Origin: Octopus vulgaris
Taxonomy: Eukaryota
Assembly (NCBI GenBank): GCA_951406725.2
Contig: OX597824.1
Location: 35,154,001 to 35,218,000 of the forward strand
Length of the DNA stretch: 64,000 nucleotides
Direction of reading: 5' to 3'
Of the stretch, positions 13,636 through 26,326 are shown piece after piece (positions within the stretch are counted from its first letter, which is position 1; every line of letters begins with the position of its first letter). Position numbers and translations under genes: made by a program. Under the pieces are notes generated by a model that saw only the letters and a program-made list of their open reading frames with translations, had not been told where the DNA came from and searched no databases.

Positions 13636-15013
13636 GGTTTAATTTTTCATCTTCAGTCCAATGTCCTGTGTTCCTCCTTTAAATTCATTCAGCGATATTA
13701 AACCTAAAAATAGGTATTAAACACAAAATAATATCCTTGCCGGTTTCTTGTCAACGTCATATATATGATATTAAAGTTCTATACACAACTGGCATAAAAT
13801 TAATTGCAATATTTAAATCAGAGATAAGCTTATAGAATGATAACACTAATACAAGAAATATATTGCATAACTAGACATCAGCTTCTCACAATATAATTCT
13901 AGAACTATAACAGTATTTAAAGGTTTTATAGATTAAGGATCATATTTTCTTATGCGTTTTCTAACTACATTGAGTTACTGTCGCATAAAACCAGCGTTTG
14001 ATGTTTATTCTTTTTATTTAAATTCTGAATTCGTTTTGCTAATGTGTCGGTATTTATTTTGCGAGTCGAATTATCAGGTATTCAAATTATATTTTCAGTA
14101 TAAACGTAGATAAACGCAACACGATCTGTGAATAGATTTAAATGTATCGCTGAATTGAGGTTTCTTCATCGAGATTTCAGTAATCATAATTTATGAAAAT
14201 ATTAATGTATGCCTACATTAATTTGAGCATGTATATATCTAACACAAAAATGTACGCCCGCTCATGATTACATATATATATATATATATATATCGTATTT
14301 AATTAACAATGTAACAACAAAAATTAACACATCGACAGAAATCTATTTACTCATCTCTTGATTTCTGACAATAAATTTTAGAATTCCTCTCGCATTAGAT
14401 TTTTAAAATGTTTTATTTTGTCTTCTGTGTACGTATGTGTATTTAAGCATTCGTTCTTCGTTTAACCCCTCCCTGACTGCATACGTAACTCAAAAGGCTT
14501 ATAGACAGTTATATAGTTATACACATTTTCTAACAACCTGTCAGTTTAGTCAGATTATTAGCAGCTACAAGTTAAATGTGATGTTAGCTCACAAGTTAAA
14601 CATATACTCACTTTACTCACATGCATGGAAACTACATAAGTTAAGGAAACAGTAAAATCTGATAAACAAGGCGTAATCTTCAGTCAATCCCTACTTATTA
14701 AAACTTCAACCGCGACCTTAAACAGAATATCCAGTAACGAAAAGCACATGTGTTATGTCGATTAACTGCGCACACATGTCGCGTGTGTGTTTGTGTATAT
14801 GCGTCTATCTATCGATCGATCGATCTACCTGTGTGCATATGCATCTCTCTCTCTTTCTCTCTCACCCTGTATATATATATATATATATATTATCCGAAGA
14901 GTATAGTATTAAACATCCATTATGGCTATAGTATATGCTTTTCGGATAATATAACCACTTTACTGACAGATATACGAGTGCATCCTTCCCTTCACTTATG
15001 GTCTCTTAGACCA

Positions 15014-15066
<53 letters not shown>

Positions 15067-15820
15067 CGCAGAGATAGTGTATGCGAGGATAAATTGTTCA
15101 CCACGTATGTTTAATTATACAACCTCAAGGTATAAAGTCCTCAGGTCGAAACTGAGAACGTCTCGACTAGTTTTGACTGGTTGTTTATGTCTTCGAAAGT
15201 GTCTACTTATATTTATCCTACAGAGTATAACAGCTGACAGATGAAAAATAATACAACGGGCGCCGATTTTACTCCGTTACACATCAGTACATTCTCTGGC
15301 AGGGTACATTAATAATGAATATAAAGTATTGAGACATGTACTTTTAAATATCACCACAACCCCGATGGTTTAGGTGTCTTCCTCGCCGTCATATTTTAAA
15401 TCAGTATAGCTGTTGACGTTTATATAGTAGTGTGTATGAATTGTAAAATAAGTCAACATTTATACAATTAACAAATATTCAACCTGCCTTTAAATAGTTC
15501 CTGTAATTTAAACACGAAAGACCTTTCTTCAGGACAAATAACCCGAAGAAAATTTAACCAGTAATTGGCGTTATTATTTGTCAAACATACGTTCACATAT
15601 TCACGATTTATTCACAGAAATACCGTCTCAGTTCTTAAGTTATTAATGCACCCTAGCAGTGAATGTATTGTTATGAAAGTTAGTCAAATCGGCTCTTGTC
15701 ACTCATTGCCTTTTTTTCTAAGTATATGGGTTAGTTCTTGCACTATGAAAGGTGACATGAATAGACATTCCTAATGAAACACTAATGAAACTAGTTGAGC
15801 AGTTCTTTGGAGGTTTGTTC

Positions 15821-15857
<37 letters not shown>

Positions 15858-16139
15858 GTGTATTAGTGACAAGGTCTGCTAAAAAAAGCAAGGTTAATTG
15901 TTCTTATTAAACATACATTAAAGTGTAACGTATGTCAACTCATCCACAAAAAACTATACACATACAATGACTCTAGTGATATGTAAATGAATAACATTAA
16001 TGCCTGTTAGGGTCTAGTTGTACATTGAGGTTGAATGCATGATAATAAATGTAAGTATGTGAGCGTATACAGGGTGATCATAAAGCCTGGATACATGGGA
16101 AATGTCACTAATATTCTTGAGCTTTCCTTCTGCAATTGA

Positions 16140-16345
16140 GTTTTCCAAAGGAGAGTCAAAACTATCGAAAAGGTTGCAAGACGCAACGAAAATTTTAGGA
16201 AAATAAAAATAAGAAAAAAGTGGAAATTTTACCGGTGAGCGTGTTACGTTATAAGGCACAAAAAGAAAATTACTCTTCCCAGACACAACAGAATATGCTT
16301 CAACAGACGAACTCATATAAAGAATCTTGCAAACTGAATCCAAAA
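16140..16345. repeat. Unclassified interspersed repeat (inverse copy at 20230-20360; partial copy at 20730-20810)
   Basis: AAAAGGTTGCAAGACGCAACGAAAATTTTAG...CCCAGACACAACAG is shared between the copies. Confidence 0.6.
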
Positions 16346-16539
16346 AAGGAGAAAGAATTCAATCGATACTACTCAGTGGATGCAAGAGATGATCATATTG
16401 ACAAAGAACAGGTACTTTTAATGCATGCCATCGTATTTTTGCCTATATGTCCAGACTTTATGGTCACCTTATATATCAATACCCATGCAAGTACACTCAC
16501 ACACACAATATGAAATAGCTAGAAGAGACACTAGATGTC

Positions 16540-17480
16540 AGGTATATTTACCAAAAGCAGAAGCCAAAGTAAGAGGCTTGCACATTTTGCAGCATGAGGA
16601 TAAACAGGAGAGGTATTGCAGATTGCAAGGCTGTGTACAAAAGAAGATTGAGAGATCATTATGGATAATGGTGCACTTACCATTATTGATGGTGAAAAGA
16701 GAGAGGAAAGGAAACACTATTTGAATAAGATCGTTGAAAATCGAAAATGTTTGAGAGAAAGACATTACAAAAAGCTCCACCTCCATAAACATTTTAAGTA
16801 TGAATAAGGATATGAGAGTAGAGAAAGCAACTGGACTATCAGGTTGAGTCACTGAGACATTTAAAATCTCTGGCAAAGTAGGAAAGAAGATTGTCTCTGA
16901 TATAGTCAATGCGTTAGTATAGAAAGATGTCAAATATAATGACTTGTGTAGCAGTATCATCAGCATGTGCTGCAAAGGTAACAGATGCTCTAGAATGAGA
17001 CATCATAATGATGGACTAGGTTATGAAGGTTACTGTAAGAGTTACAACATAACTGGTTAAAAAGAAAATTAACCTAGATGAAATGCAGCTCAGGTTTATG
17101 ATAGGAAGAAAAACCATCAATGCCTTAATAAGACAACTATTTAGGAAATACTTAGGATAAAGTAAACCATTTTACTTAAATTGACAGGATTCCATGCTCT
17201 GTATACTGATGGTTGTTAAGAAAACTAGAGATAGTAAATGGCATGTTCAAAGATGCCATCAGTAAGGAATTTTGTGAACAGATTAGTGAATACCAAGACT
17301 TAGTTCTCAGCTCCCTCTTTATGTATTATGGTCTTCCTCCTGGCTTTAACAAAGGAATTTAAGACTAGTTGCCCATAGGAACGTCTGTATGTGAATAACA
17401 GTTCCTTGAGATGAATCACTGATAGTTTTAGAGAGGAAATTCCAAGTATGGAAGTGAAACCTTGAATCAAGAACCTTGTA
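16540..17480 (+). mobile_element. Decayed RTE LINE fragment related to 3040-5330
   Basis: Collinear DNA similarity with 3570-4580, for example AGGTATTGCAGATTGCAAGGCTGTGT and AGTTCTCAGCTCCCTCTT. Confidence 0.7.
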
Positions 17481-17519
17481 ATGATTCAGGAAAGCTATTT
17501 TTGTTGTCGCATCATAGTA

Positions 17520-18590
17520 CAGTTGTGCTATGGTATATTCCAGCCAATCAGGGCTGGGTGTGTATGAATACCAAATGTAGTTCTCTGCCCAAACAGAGAA
17601 GTGGGAATTTTAACTAGCTACCAGATAGTTGACAGAAGAGTAACATCTCTCTTTCAGCATGGAACAATCTCTTTGTTTTGCACACCAACTTTGTGTCAGC
17701 TAACTCTGAATCATATAACATCTCTTTCTCAACATTGAACAGCTCTTTGTTTTCACATCAACTTTGCACAGCTAACTCTGAATTATATCAGCTTATGCCT
17801 TACCACTAAATTGATATTTCTAACATAAGTGATATCAGCTTTCCTTGACTCGCACACACACAGGCTACACATCTTACTACTTGTCAGGTCTTGTTAATTA
17901 AAAAATATTTTCATTAAAAAATTGCCTTCTGATATTTTTCTTTTTACCAACTTTCATACTATAAATTAGACACCACACTCACTCAATTGGTGACTCTAAA
18001 CCAGTGATGTCCAACATTGGTGACCTTTTACATTGGTGACAACCCAACATCAAAATATTTCTTCAGAAAATATTTTTCAAAGAAAACAAACCATTAGTGA
18101 CATCCATAACATGCTAGCTTAATTTTCTGTTTAAACTATGTGGGTGCATTTGTTTTCAATATGTCTTCCCTTCTTGCTCACCTTCTTTGTTCCTGCGTAA
18201 TCTTGTGGTGCATTACACATGTACAGCTGTTCTCAAAGTGCATGTCTTGCCTTGCTTTGGATTAATTTTCCTGCTCACTGCCATGGTCACATCATAGACA
18301 AAGATGGCATTCAACTTCTACCAGACAACTTCGAGCTATTGAGGACATTCTTCCTCCAGCTTCCTTTCATCAGTTATGCCATTTCTTTGGTTTACTTAAC
18401 TTCTATCGTTGATTCATTCCTCGCTGCACTGGACTCCTGTCTCCACTCACCAAGCTTCTCCAGAACTGACACATGAAGAATAAAACCATTTCGCTGACTC
18501 CTACACAAACCAAAGCTTTCGACGCACTGAAACACGAACGCTACAACATCACTCCTTGCACACCCTGTCTCTGATGCAAAACCTTTCAGG
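17520..18590 (+). mobile_element. Decayed Gypsy/Ty3 LTR retrotransposon remnant
   Basis: PBS-like TGGTGAC copies at about 17988-18040. RT-RNase H linker TPTQTKAFDALKHE...TTSLLAHPVSDA at about 18497-18580. Confidence 0.55.
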
Positions 18591-19729
18591 GTCAATAAAA
18601 TAAGTACCAGTGAGTCGATGTATTTGACTTATACCCTACCTTGTGCCAAAATTTGGAACTGATATTAGGAAAGGTATCCAGCAGTAGAAACCATGCCCAA
18701 GCATTGGAACACAATGTAGTTCTTGGACTCATCAGATCCTATCAAACCATCCAACCCAAGCTAGCAAGGAACAAGGATGATAAATGAGAATGATGATGGT
18801 GGTGGTGGTGGTTATGGTGGCAGTGGTGGTGGTGGTGGCGGTGATGGCAGCGGCAAAGGTAGTGGTGATGGCGGTGATGATGATGTATTAAGTTAAGTGG
18901 GTGTTTACAAATTGCAATCCACTAATATCCCTCATGCCATCATAGGCTAAGAACATCAGAGTGTAATTCATTTACGTTCATCTTGGCTTTATATAATCTG
19001 TGCTAAGTTAAAAATTTTCTTGGGTAACCTGAGTTCTGTTGAATAGTAATTATGCTTTATGCTAGGTTGTTGTGGTAAGGTGGTATGGAGATTTTTTTGA
19101 CTAAACTTGGAGAAGTACTAATTGTTAGAATTTATTCATGCATGTAAAGCTATGTAATTAGGTGTGTATGTTTAGGTGTGTCATCTTCAGATCATAGGGG
19201 TTCACTAAAGAACATAGTAAGATTGTTAGTTAGCAAAACTGTCACATGACTTGGTTGTTGTTGGGTTTATTTAGACATTAATGATTGTTTACATTTTGTT
19301 TTGAGAATGTGAAGGTTAAATTCTAAAGTTCAGTTTAGTGTTTTAACCTTGGTAGTTAGATGTATTTTCTTGGTATGTTAGCTTTTAGGATATTGGTATT
19401 TAAGGGTTCACAAAAGAATGTACATGGATGGTGAGATTTATTTGGTTTGTAGTTAGTAATAATTATGTTTTTTTCCTGTTTATATTTAGAGTGTTGTTTA
19501 CCATGTAAATATGTCACAATGATAGAGAATTTTTTAAGTAGATGTTTTAATGTTCACTAAAGAACATGTGTGTATCATACACACACATACATACAGTTTA
19601 GTAAATAAATAAATAAGTTAATATAATGTCTAAAAGTTGATGAACCCCCTATTGATCCCCTCCATTTTCTTATTGCTACATATATATATATATATATATA
19701 TATATAGATAGATATGTGTGTGACCGCAT

Positions 19730-20135
19730 GTGTACCGTTGGCGATTTTTTTCCTCCCTCTTCCCTTCCTTGGATCTTTCCTTTTCCTGTTTCTGACGAAG
19801 AGCTCTGCTCGAAACGTTAAATCCTCCTTCTTTCTTTCCTTTCCTGAGCGTTCAATAACACTATACTTGTTCCACGTCCTCGCGTTGTTGTGCTTTCTCT
19901 TTGTGTTTTCATGTTTGGATTAACTATATATATAAAGTTAATCCAAACAAGAAGACAAAAAGAAAACAACGCGAGGATGTGGAACAATTAAAGTATTATT
20001 GGGCGCTCAGGTAAAAAGGGAAGAAGGAGGGTATGACGTTTCGAGCGGAGCTCTTCGTCGGAAACATAGGAGAAAGAAAGATCCTGAGGTGGGAGGACAG
20101 AGGGGAAAAAAAATGCAAGTGGTCTTCACGAGGTC
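19730..20135. mobile_element. Tail-to-tail inverted pair of short hammerhead-bearing (Penelope pLTR-like) elements
   Basis: The junction is GTTTGGATTAACT-ATATATATAA-AGTTAATCCAAAC. Each arm carries the hammerhead motif (second copy 20035-20065 on the minus strand, core CCGACGA). The pair is flanked by (TA)n. Confidence 0.65.
19789..19821 (+). ncRNA. Minimal hammerhead ribozyme-like motif
   Basis: UUU-CUGACGA-A-GAGC-UCU-GCUC-GAAA-CGUU-AAA: core, 4-bp stem II, palindromic ACGU stem III and 3-bp stem I. Confidence 0.55.
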
Positions 20136-20200
20136 AACATACTGAAAAGGCGGAAGTAGTAAACAAGAGGGTATATATATATATCATCATCATCATCATC

Positions 20201-20231
<31 letters not shown>

Positions 20232-21244
20232 CTGTTGTGTCTGGGGAGGGTCATTCTCTTTTAGTGCCTTATAATTTAACACACTCACCAGTAAAATTTC
20301 CACTCATTTACTTATTTATTTTTCTAAAATTTTCATTGCGTCTTGCAACCTTTTCAATAGTTGTTGACTCTGTCCGTTATTCAAGCTGTGTTGTTTTTGT
20401 TTGTTTGTGCGTATGTGTGTTGGTCAGTGTGTGTGTGTGCATATACATGTATGTATGTATGCATGCATGTAAGTGTGTGTATGCATGTATGTATGTGTGT
20501 GTGTATGTATATATGTATGATATATGTATGAATGTGTGTACGTTTGTGTGCATATTCATGTGTTTGTGTGTTTTCATGTGTGTGTGTGTTGTACCTGTTT
20601 CCTTGTGGGTGCATGTCTGAGTGTGTGTGTGTGTATGGGTTTTTGTGACTGTGTCTGTATGTATGGATCTCTATCTCCATATGTGTGGACGTGTGTCTCC
20701 ATGTGTCCTTGTGTGAAGTGCACTAATAGAGAATAACTCTCCTCAGACATAAATTTGTGCTTCAACACACAAACTCACATAAAGAATATTGCAAACCAAA
20801 TCCAAAAATGAAATATATATATATACATGTATGTATGTATGTATGCATATATGTATGTACGTATGTATGTATATGCATGCATGTATTTATATACAGTAAT
20901 ACCTTACTTTATGAGGACTCGCTTCACAAGGTGCTGGGTTTATGAGTTTTATTTTTCAGCTCACTTTTGTATAGTGAGCTGAAATTTTTCAAGCACAAGA
21001 ACCAAATTTTGAATAAAGTGCAAAAGTTTCCGCTACCAACTGCTTCTGCATGTTACCCAGAAATTTATAGAGAGTGAAAAAAAGCTTCTTCTAAGCAAAC
21101 TCTAGGCTTGTTTTTTAAAAAAGAAATCTATAGGTCCATCTATGAGTGCTTGTGAATTAGCGATTGTGTCTATAAGTGATGGTGCGCACAAGTGAAAGTG
21201 ATTCAGGATCTTGACATTAGTTTTTTTTATTTATTTATTTATTT

Positions 21245-21549
21245 ATGTGCCCTTTTCAAGCCTAGCCAGGCTTATGGGCCTGGTTTCCTAGTTTCTATGG
21301 CATATGTCTTCCCCCCAGCTTGATGGGACTCCAGTCCATTGCAGCGTTACTCAAGAAACAGGAAGAAAGAGTGAGAGAAAGTTGGGGCAAAAGAGTACAA
21401 CAGGGGTCGCCACCATCCCCTGCAGGAGCCTTGTGGAGCTTTAGGTGTTTTTGCTCAATAAACACACGCAATGCCCGGTCTGGGAATCAAAACTGCAATC
21501 CTCCGACCGCGAGTCCACTGCCCTAACCACTGGGCTATTGCGCCTCCAC
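21245..21549 (-). mobile_element. SINE family A copy, same tail as 43576
   Basis: Reverse complement of 43576-43870 with CpG decay. Confidence 0.78.
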
Positions 21550-21791
21550 ATAACATTAGTTTTACTCTACATAAAATGTTCTTTACATTCTCCTATTGTT
21601 TCATTGCCATCTATTTTCAAGTATTATAAATTTTATAGATAAAATATTTTGGGGGGAATGAATTATGATTGATAACATTGTTACTATGGGAAATTATAGC
21701 TCTGCTTTATGAATTTTCACTTTACAAGCAGACTGTGGAAACAAGTTAACTTGTATATTGAGGCATTACTATATATAGATATATATATATA

Positions 21792-22093
21792 CAATGGAAC
21801 CTCAGTTTACAAACACCCCTCATTCTCATCACAAACAAATCAGTTTACAACAGATGCTGAACGGTGTTTTGAGTAATGAACATGCAAGCCTGCAACAATG
21901 GTTAGTGATGAGCTGGGAGTGTCAGTAGGGGAGTGTCAATTGTTGTCTAGCTTTTGCTCAGTGCAAATCCCAGCACAAATTTGCTGTGCCTTGTCTTGAA
22001 TTTCCTATGAAGCAAAAAGTTTCAGTTTACAAACATTACAGGTAACAAACGGCTTTCAGGAACAAATTAAATTTGTAAACCAGGGTTCCACTG
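21792..22093. mobile_element. Tigger/pogo-type MITE
   Basis: TA|CAATGGAACCTCAGTTTACAAA...TTTGTAAACCAGGGTTCCACTG|TA gives TIRs with a TA TSD. Confidence 0.75.
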
Positions 22094-22094
22094 T

Positions 22095-22225
22095 ATATGA
22101 AATAAATCTTTTAATGGTGAAACTTGAAGTAGATGAAGCTACAAATAATAGCTTGTAAATACTATTTACTGCTGTCTAAATTCTATCTACTTTGAGCTTC
22201 ACCGTTAAGAATGATTCATTTCATA
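22095..22225. repeat. Small decayed inverted repeat (about 40-bp arms)
   Basis: ATATGAAATAAATCTTTTAATGGTGAAACTTGAAGTAGAT pairs with ATCTACTTTGAGCTTCACCGTTAAGAATGATTCATTTCATAT. Confidence 0.6.
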
Positions 22226-22269
22226 TCTTGAAGTTTCTAAATATTTGTGATGTACACACACACACACAC

Positions 22270-22306
<37 letters not shown>

Positions 22307-22472
22307 GAGATAGGGGTTATGATTGTAACCCACTATGGGATATCATTTATCCAATATACTGCCAGTAAAATACCCAAAAGGCTAATACATAAATGCTTAC
22401 AATTGCAATGCAATTAGTTCATTTATTGTATTATATGGGCGAAGGTAAAATGTTTTACCTCAAATTCATAAT

Positions 22473-22756
22473 ACAAAATAAGAAAATGGAGGAATAGATT
22501 CCTTTCAATCATCAACTTACAGAAAATACCAATTCATATAATTTATTAACTAATTAATTAAATAGGGACATCCAAATCCAAGAGAATAAGACAGAATAAA
22601 ACAATATACATCAATAAGTAAGATAATACCATTGGTATTATCTTATTCTGTTGGATTTGGATGTTCCTATTTAATTAATTAGTTAATAAATGATATGAAT
22701 TGGTAATATCTGGAAGTTGATGATTGAAAGGAATCTATTCCTCCATTTTCTTATTT

Positions 22757-22759
<3 letters not shown>
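22473..22759. repeat. Inverted repeat (about 119-bp arms)
   Basis: ACAAAATAAGAAAATGGAGGAATAGATTCC...(22473-22591) pairs with ...GGAATCTATTCCTCCATTTTCTTATTTTGT (22641-22759). It lies between (TA)n tracts. Confidence 0.85.
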
Positions 22760-22832
<73 letters not shown>

Positions 22833-23398
22833 AGACTCTCCTGTTAGTTTCAGTGTATAATGATCTGGCAACCTACACATTCTCTGTCAGTCATAATGCG
22901 TATGTTGAATGTGGCATTTGAGCCTTGTCAATGATTTGCAGAGAATCCAGCAGATGTTGCAAGTATGAGGATTACTGGTCAGTGCAGGTGATATATTTGC
23001 AACTGCTTTTCTCCTTTGCCTTGCACCCCAAAGCCTGTTAATGCTGGTTGAAACAAAGTTGCATTCTATTTTGACACAACAATCTCCATTTTGTTTAAGG
23101 GTTGTACTGGATAAATTGTGAAAATAACTCTAACAGTTCAAATACTAAGAAATAAGCATACTCAATTTTTATCAAATAATTAAGGAAAATGAATGAGTTA
23201 TTTCCCTTAGCTATATATAAGGATCCCTTCCAGTGGCCCTATTATCAATTTTTTTCCAACAATCTGAGTATGTCATGAAGTTTCCAGACATGAGTTCTAC
23301 TCATGTGTCAAGTTTCATGAAAATTGATAAAACGATATAGGAGAAGTTAGTTAACAACTCCACAAGCACACCCACAGACAGAATTTCCTACATATGTA

Positions 23399-23452
<54 letters not shown>

Positions 23453-23949
23453 GTGAATATCCTCCTCATCATCGTCATCATTTAATGCCTGTCTTCCATG
23501 CTGGCATAGGTTGGGCAGTTTGACAGGAGCTGGCAAACTAGGGGACTACCAGGGTCCACTGTCTGTTATTGCATAGCTTTCCTGGCTGTATGCCCTTCTT
23601 AATGCCAATCACTTTATAGAGTGGACTGGGTGCTTTTCACATGGCATCAGCACCAAGAAGGTCTGTTTTGGCTGGATGCCCTTTCTAATACTAGCCATTT
23701 TACAGAGTGTACTAGGTGCTTTTTCCACGGCACCATCACCTGTGAAGTAACTTGCAAGACAAAGATCCTTTGAGAGGTGAATGGTATTGAGGAAGTGGTT
23801 TTGTGTCAGGTAACGAGAAGTTAGAGTATGACAGAGGAATAGAAAAAGGTGTCTTGCTGTAGAGGAGATAAATGGCTACTCCAGTCAGAGGGAGAGGTCT
23901 AGAGAGAGAACAAGAATGAGAGAGAAAAAAGGTGAGGGAGAGCAGGAAA

Positions 23950-24480
23950 GATGGTTGCAATATGCCAGGGTATAGGGATGTGAATATAAATGAAACAGTA
24001 GAGTATTACTGAGGGTGTATGAATAGTGAATTCTTGTAAATGCAAAGAGGAGGTGGAAAGCAACAGGGTATGCAGTGACTGGTAAAACCAAGGTTTATAG
24101 AGGTGAGACAACAGGATAGTAATGATACAGTTGGCAGAGAGGACAGGATTGGTTTACAAGGGTAGGGAGGGAGAGATAAATGCCATGTGTGGCACCTGAA
24201 GGATGAAGGAACTCCATACATAATCAAATAGAAGATCCTAGGAAAACTGGGCTGCTAGATCAATGGGAGCAAGCATTGTAAGCTGTGTATAGCTGAATGG
24301 GCAAGAATATTAAAGAAGTCCCTCAATCTGAAGAACATCTTAAATTCCAGGATAGAAGTCTTTGGACCCTGTTTACACTCCAGGAGATTCCTACTGAAGT
24401 CCTGGGACCCACAGCCTGACTGGGTCACTTGTTGATTGTGGTCTAATGGAGACAATCTCTTGCACTCAATCCCTTTCTTC
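23950..24480 (-). mobile_element. Possible highly decayed Penelope-like GIY-YIG fragment
   Basis: Minus-strand remnants SFRCHTWHL, CPLCQLY and PVAFHL resemble the PLE endonuclease motifs F.C...L.Y, C..C...Y and PVA.HF. The match is weak. Confidence 0.3.
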
Positions 24481-24733
24481 CTTCACTTTGAAGAGAGGTT
24501 ATAGGCTAGAGAGAGGTTATATTGAATAAACTGAAACTGGTTTTTAATAACTGCATCAACATAACATATTCCATATATTTGATAGATTTAATATTACAAC
24601 ACCTCATATATTGTCTAGCTTAAGTTATATTCAGAGTCAGTTTATCAAAAGTTGTATATTTTGTCAATAATGAATGTTGTATGAATTCCGTACAGATATA
24701 TAATATATATAATTATCAGTACAGTGTGTCATA

Positions 24734-24848
<115 letters not shown>

Positions 24849-24918
24849 CACACCCCACACAGTATAACAGATAATGAATTAATAAAACATTTGGCATCAT
24901 ACACACATTTTATATATA

Positions 24919-24982
<64 letters not shown>

Positions 24983-24989
24983 TTTCTTT

Positions 24990-25333
24990 CTTTTATTTGT
25001 TTCAGTCATTTGGCTGTGGCCATGCTGGAACACTGCCTTTAGTCGAACAAATCAACCCCAGGACTTATTCTCTGTAAGCCTAGTACTTATTCTATTGCTG
25101 AATTGCCAAGTTTTGGGGGATGTAAACACACCAGCATCGGTTGCCAAGCGATGTGGGGGACAAAAACACACACATACATGATGGGCTTCTTTCAGTTTCC
25201 ATCTACCAAATCCACTCACAAGGCTTTGGTTGGCCAAAGGCTATAGTAGAAGACACTTGTCCAAGCTGCCACACAGTGGAACTAAACCCGAAGCCATGTG
25301 GTTGGTAAGCAAGCTACTTACCACATAGCCACT

Positions 25334-25336
<3 letters not shown>
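24990..25336 (-). mobile_element. SINE family C copy, CpG-decayed
   Basis: Reverse complement of the consensus. Other decayed pieces lie at 5400-5990, 6230-6490, 7290-8140 and 63590-63820. Confidence 0.8.
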
Positions 25337-25389
<53 letters not shown>

Positions 25390-25659
25390 GAAGTATATTT
25401 GCCACTTAAATGTGGCTAATGCTTAAGCGTTGATGCTACTGTAGCTTGTGGCCCCAGCTGGCTCTTGACACACTTTCTGTGCCCTATCAGTATTTGCAAA
25501 AGGAAGTCATCCTTCCCATTTGCAGCCTGATGTGATACATACGGACCCAGGTTTCTGGATATTGACCCATCATCAGCGTGTGACAACTACCGATTTTCTT
25601 TATTATGATAATAAATATCTATTACAAAGAAAGACAATACAGGACATTACAAACATAAA

Positions 25660-26127
25660 TGTGCTAAGTCGAGCCAACACTATCCACCTGTGTGTCGAGA
25701 ATAGTGTTAAAGTCTCCTGCTAAAACTAGAGTTTTTGGTGTCACCAGAAAGCTCTCCAGGTCTTAAAAACCTAGCTTGTCTATACTCACTAGGAGCATAA
25801 ACAGCTACTGACCTGAAGGACTACTTACTTGTATGTGTCACATCTAGGACGACCAGCTTACCTTCTGAGTCCAGAATGACTGTACTTATCTGTACGTCCA
25901 AGTTTTTTCTGAACAAGACCACCACGCCCCCACCTCCCTGTCGACTAGGAGAAATAAATTTCTCATAGCCATTTAGAAGAGGCGAGAATGCCTGTGGCCC
26001 GTCCATCTTGGACTCTGTCACCACACATATATCAAATACTAGTGACCTGAGGTCGTTCATGAGACAAGTTTGCTTCCATTTCAACCCCAGGCCACGAACA
26101 TTTATACAGCCTAATTTAATTTCCATG
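25660..26127 (-). mobile_element. L1/Tx1-clade LINE APE endonuclease fragment
   Basis: MEIKLGCINVRGL...DICVVTESK...GGVVVLF...GKLVVLDV, then LVLAGDFN after a frameshift. Confidence 0.75.
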
Positions 26128-26289
26128 GTAAAAATAAGAAACTTACATTTTGAACATGGGGAGGGGCTGCACGAATTAACCAGCCTCCCCTTCCTTTTCT
26201 TTCTGAGGTGTAGCCACTGGTGTAGCCGCTGGGCTAAGCACAAGTCTTTTGTTGGCCATCTCTTGGCTAACATCTTGTATGTCCTGCGG

Positions 26290-26326
<37 letters not shown>

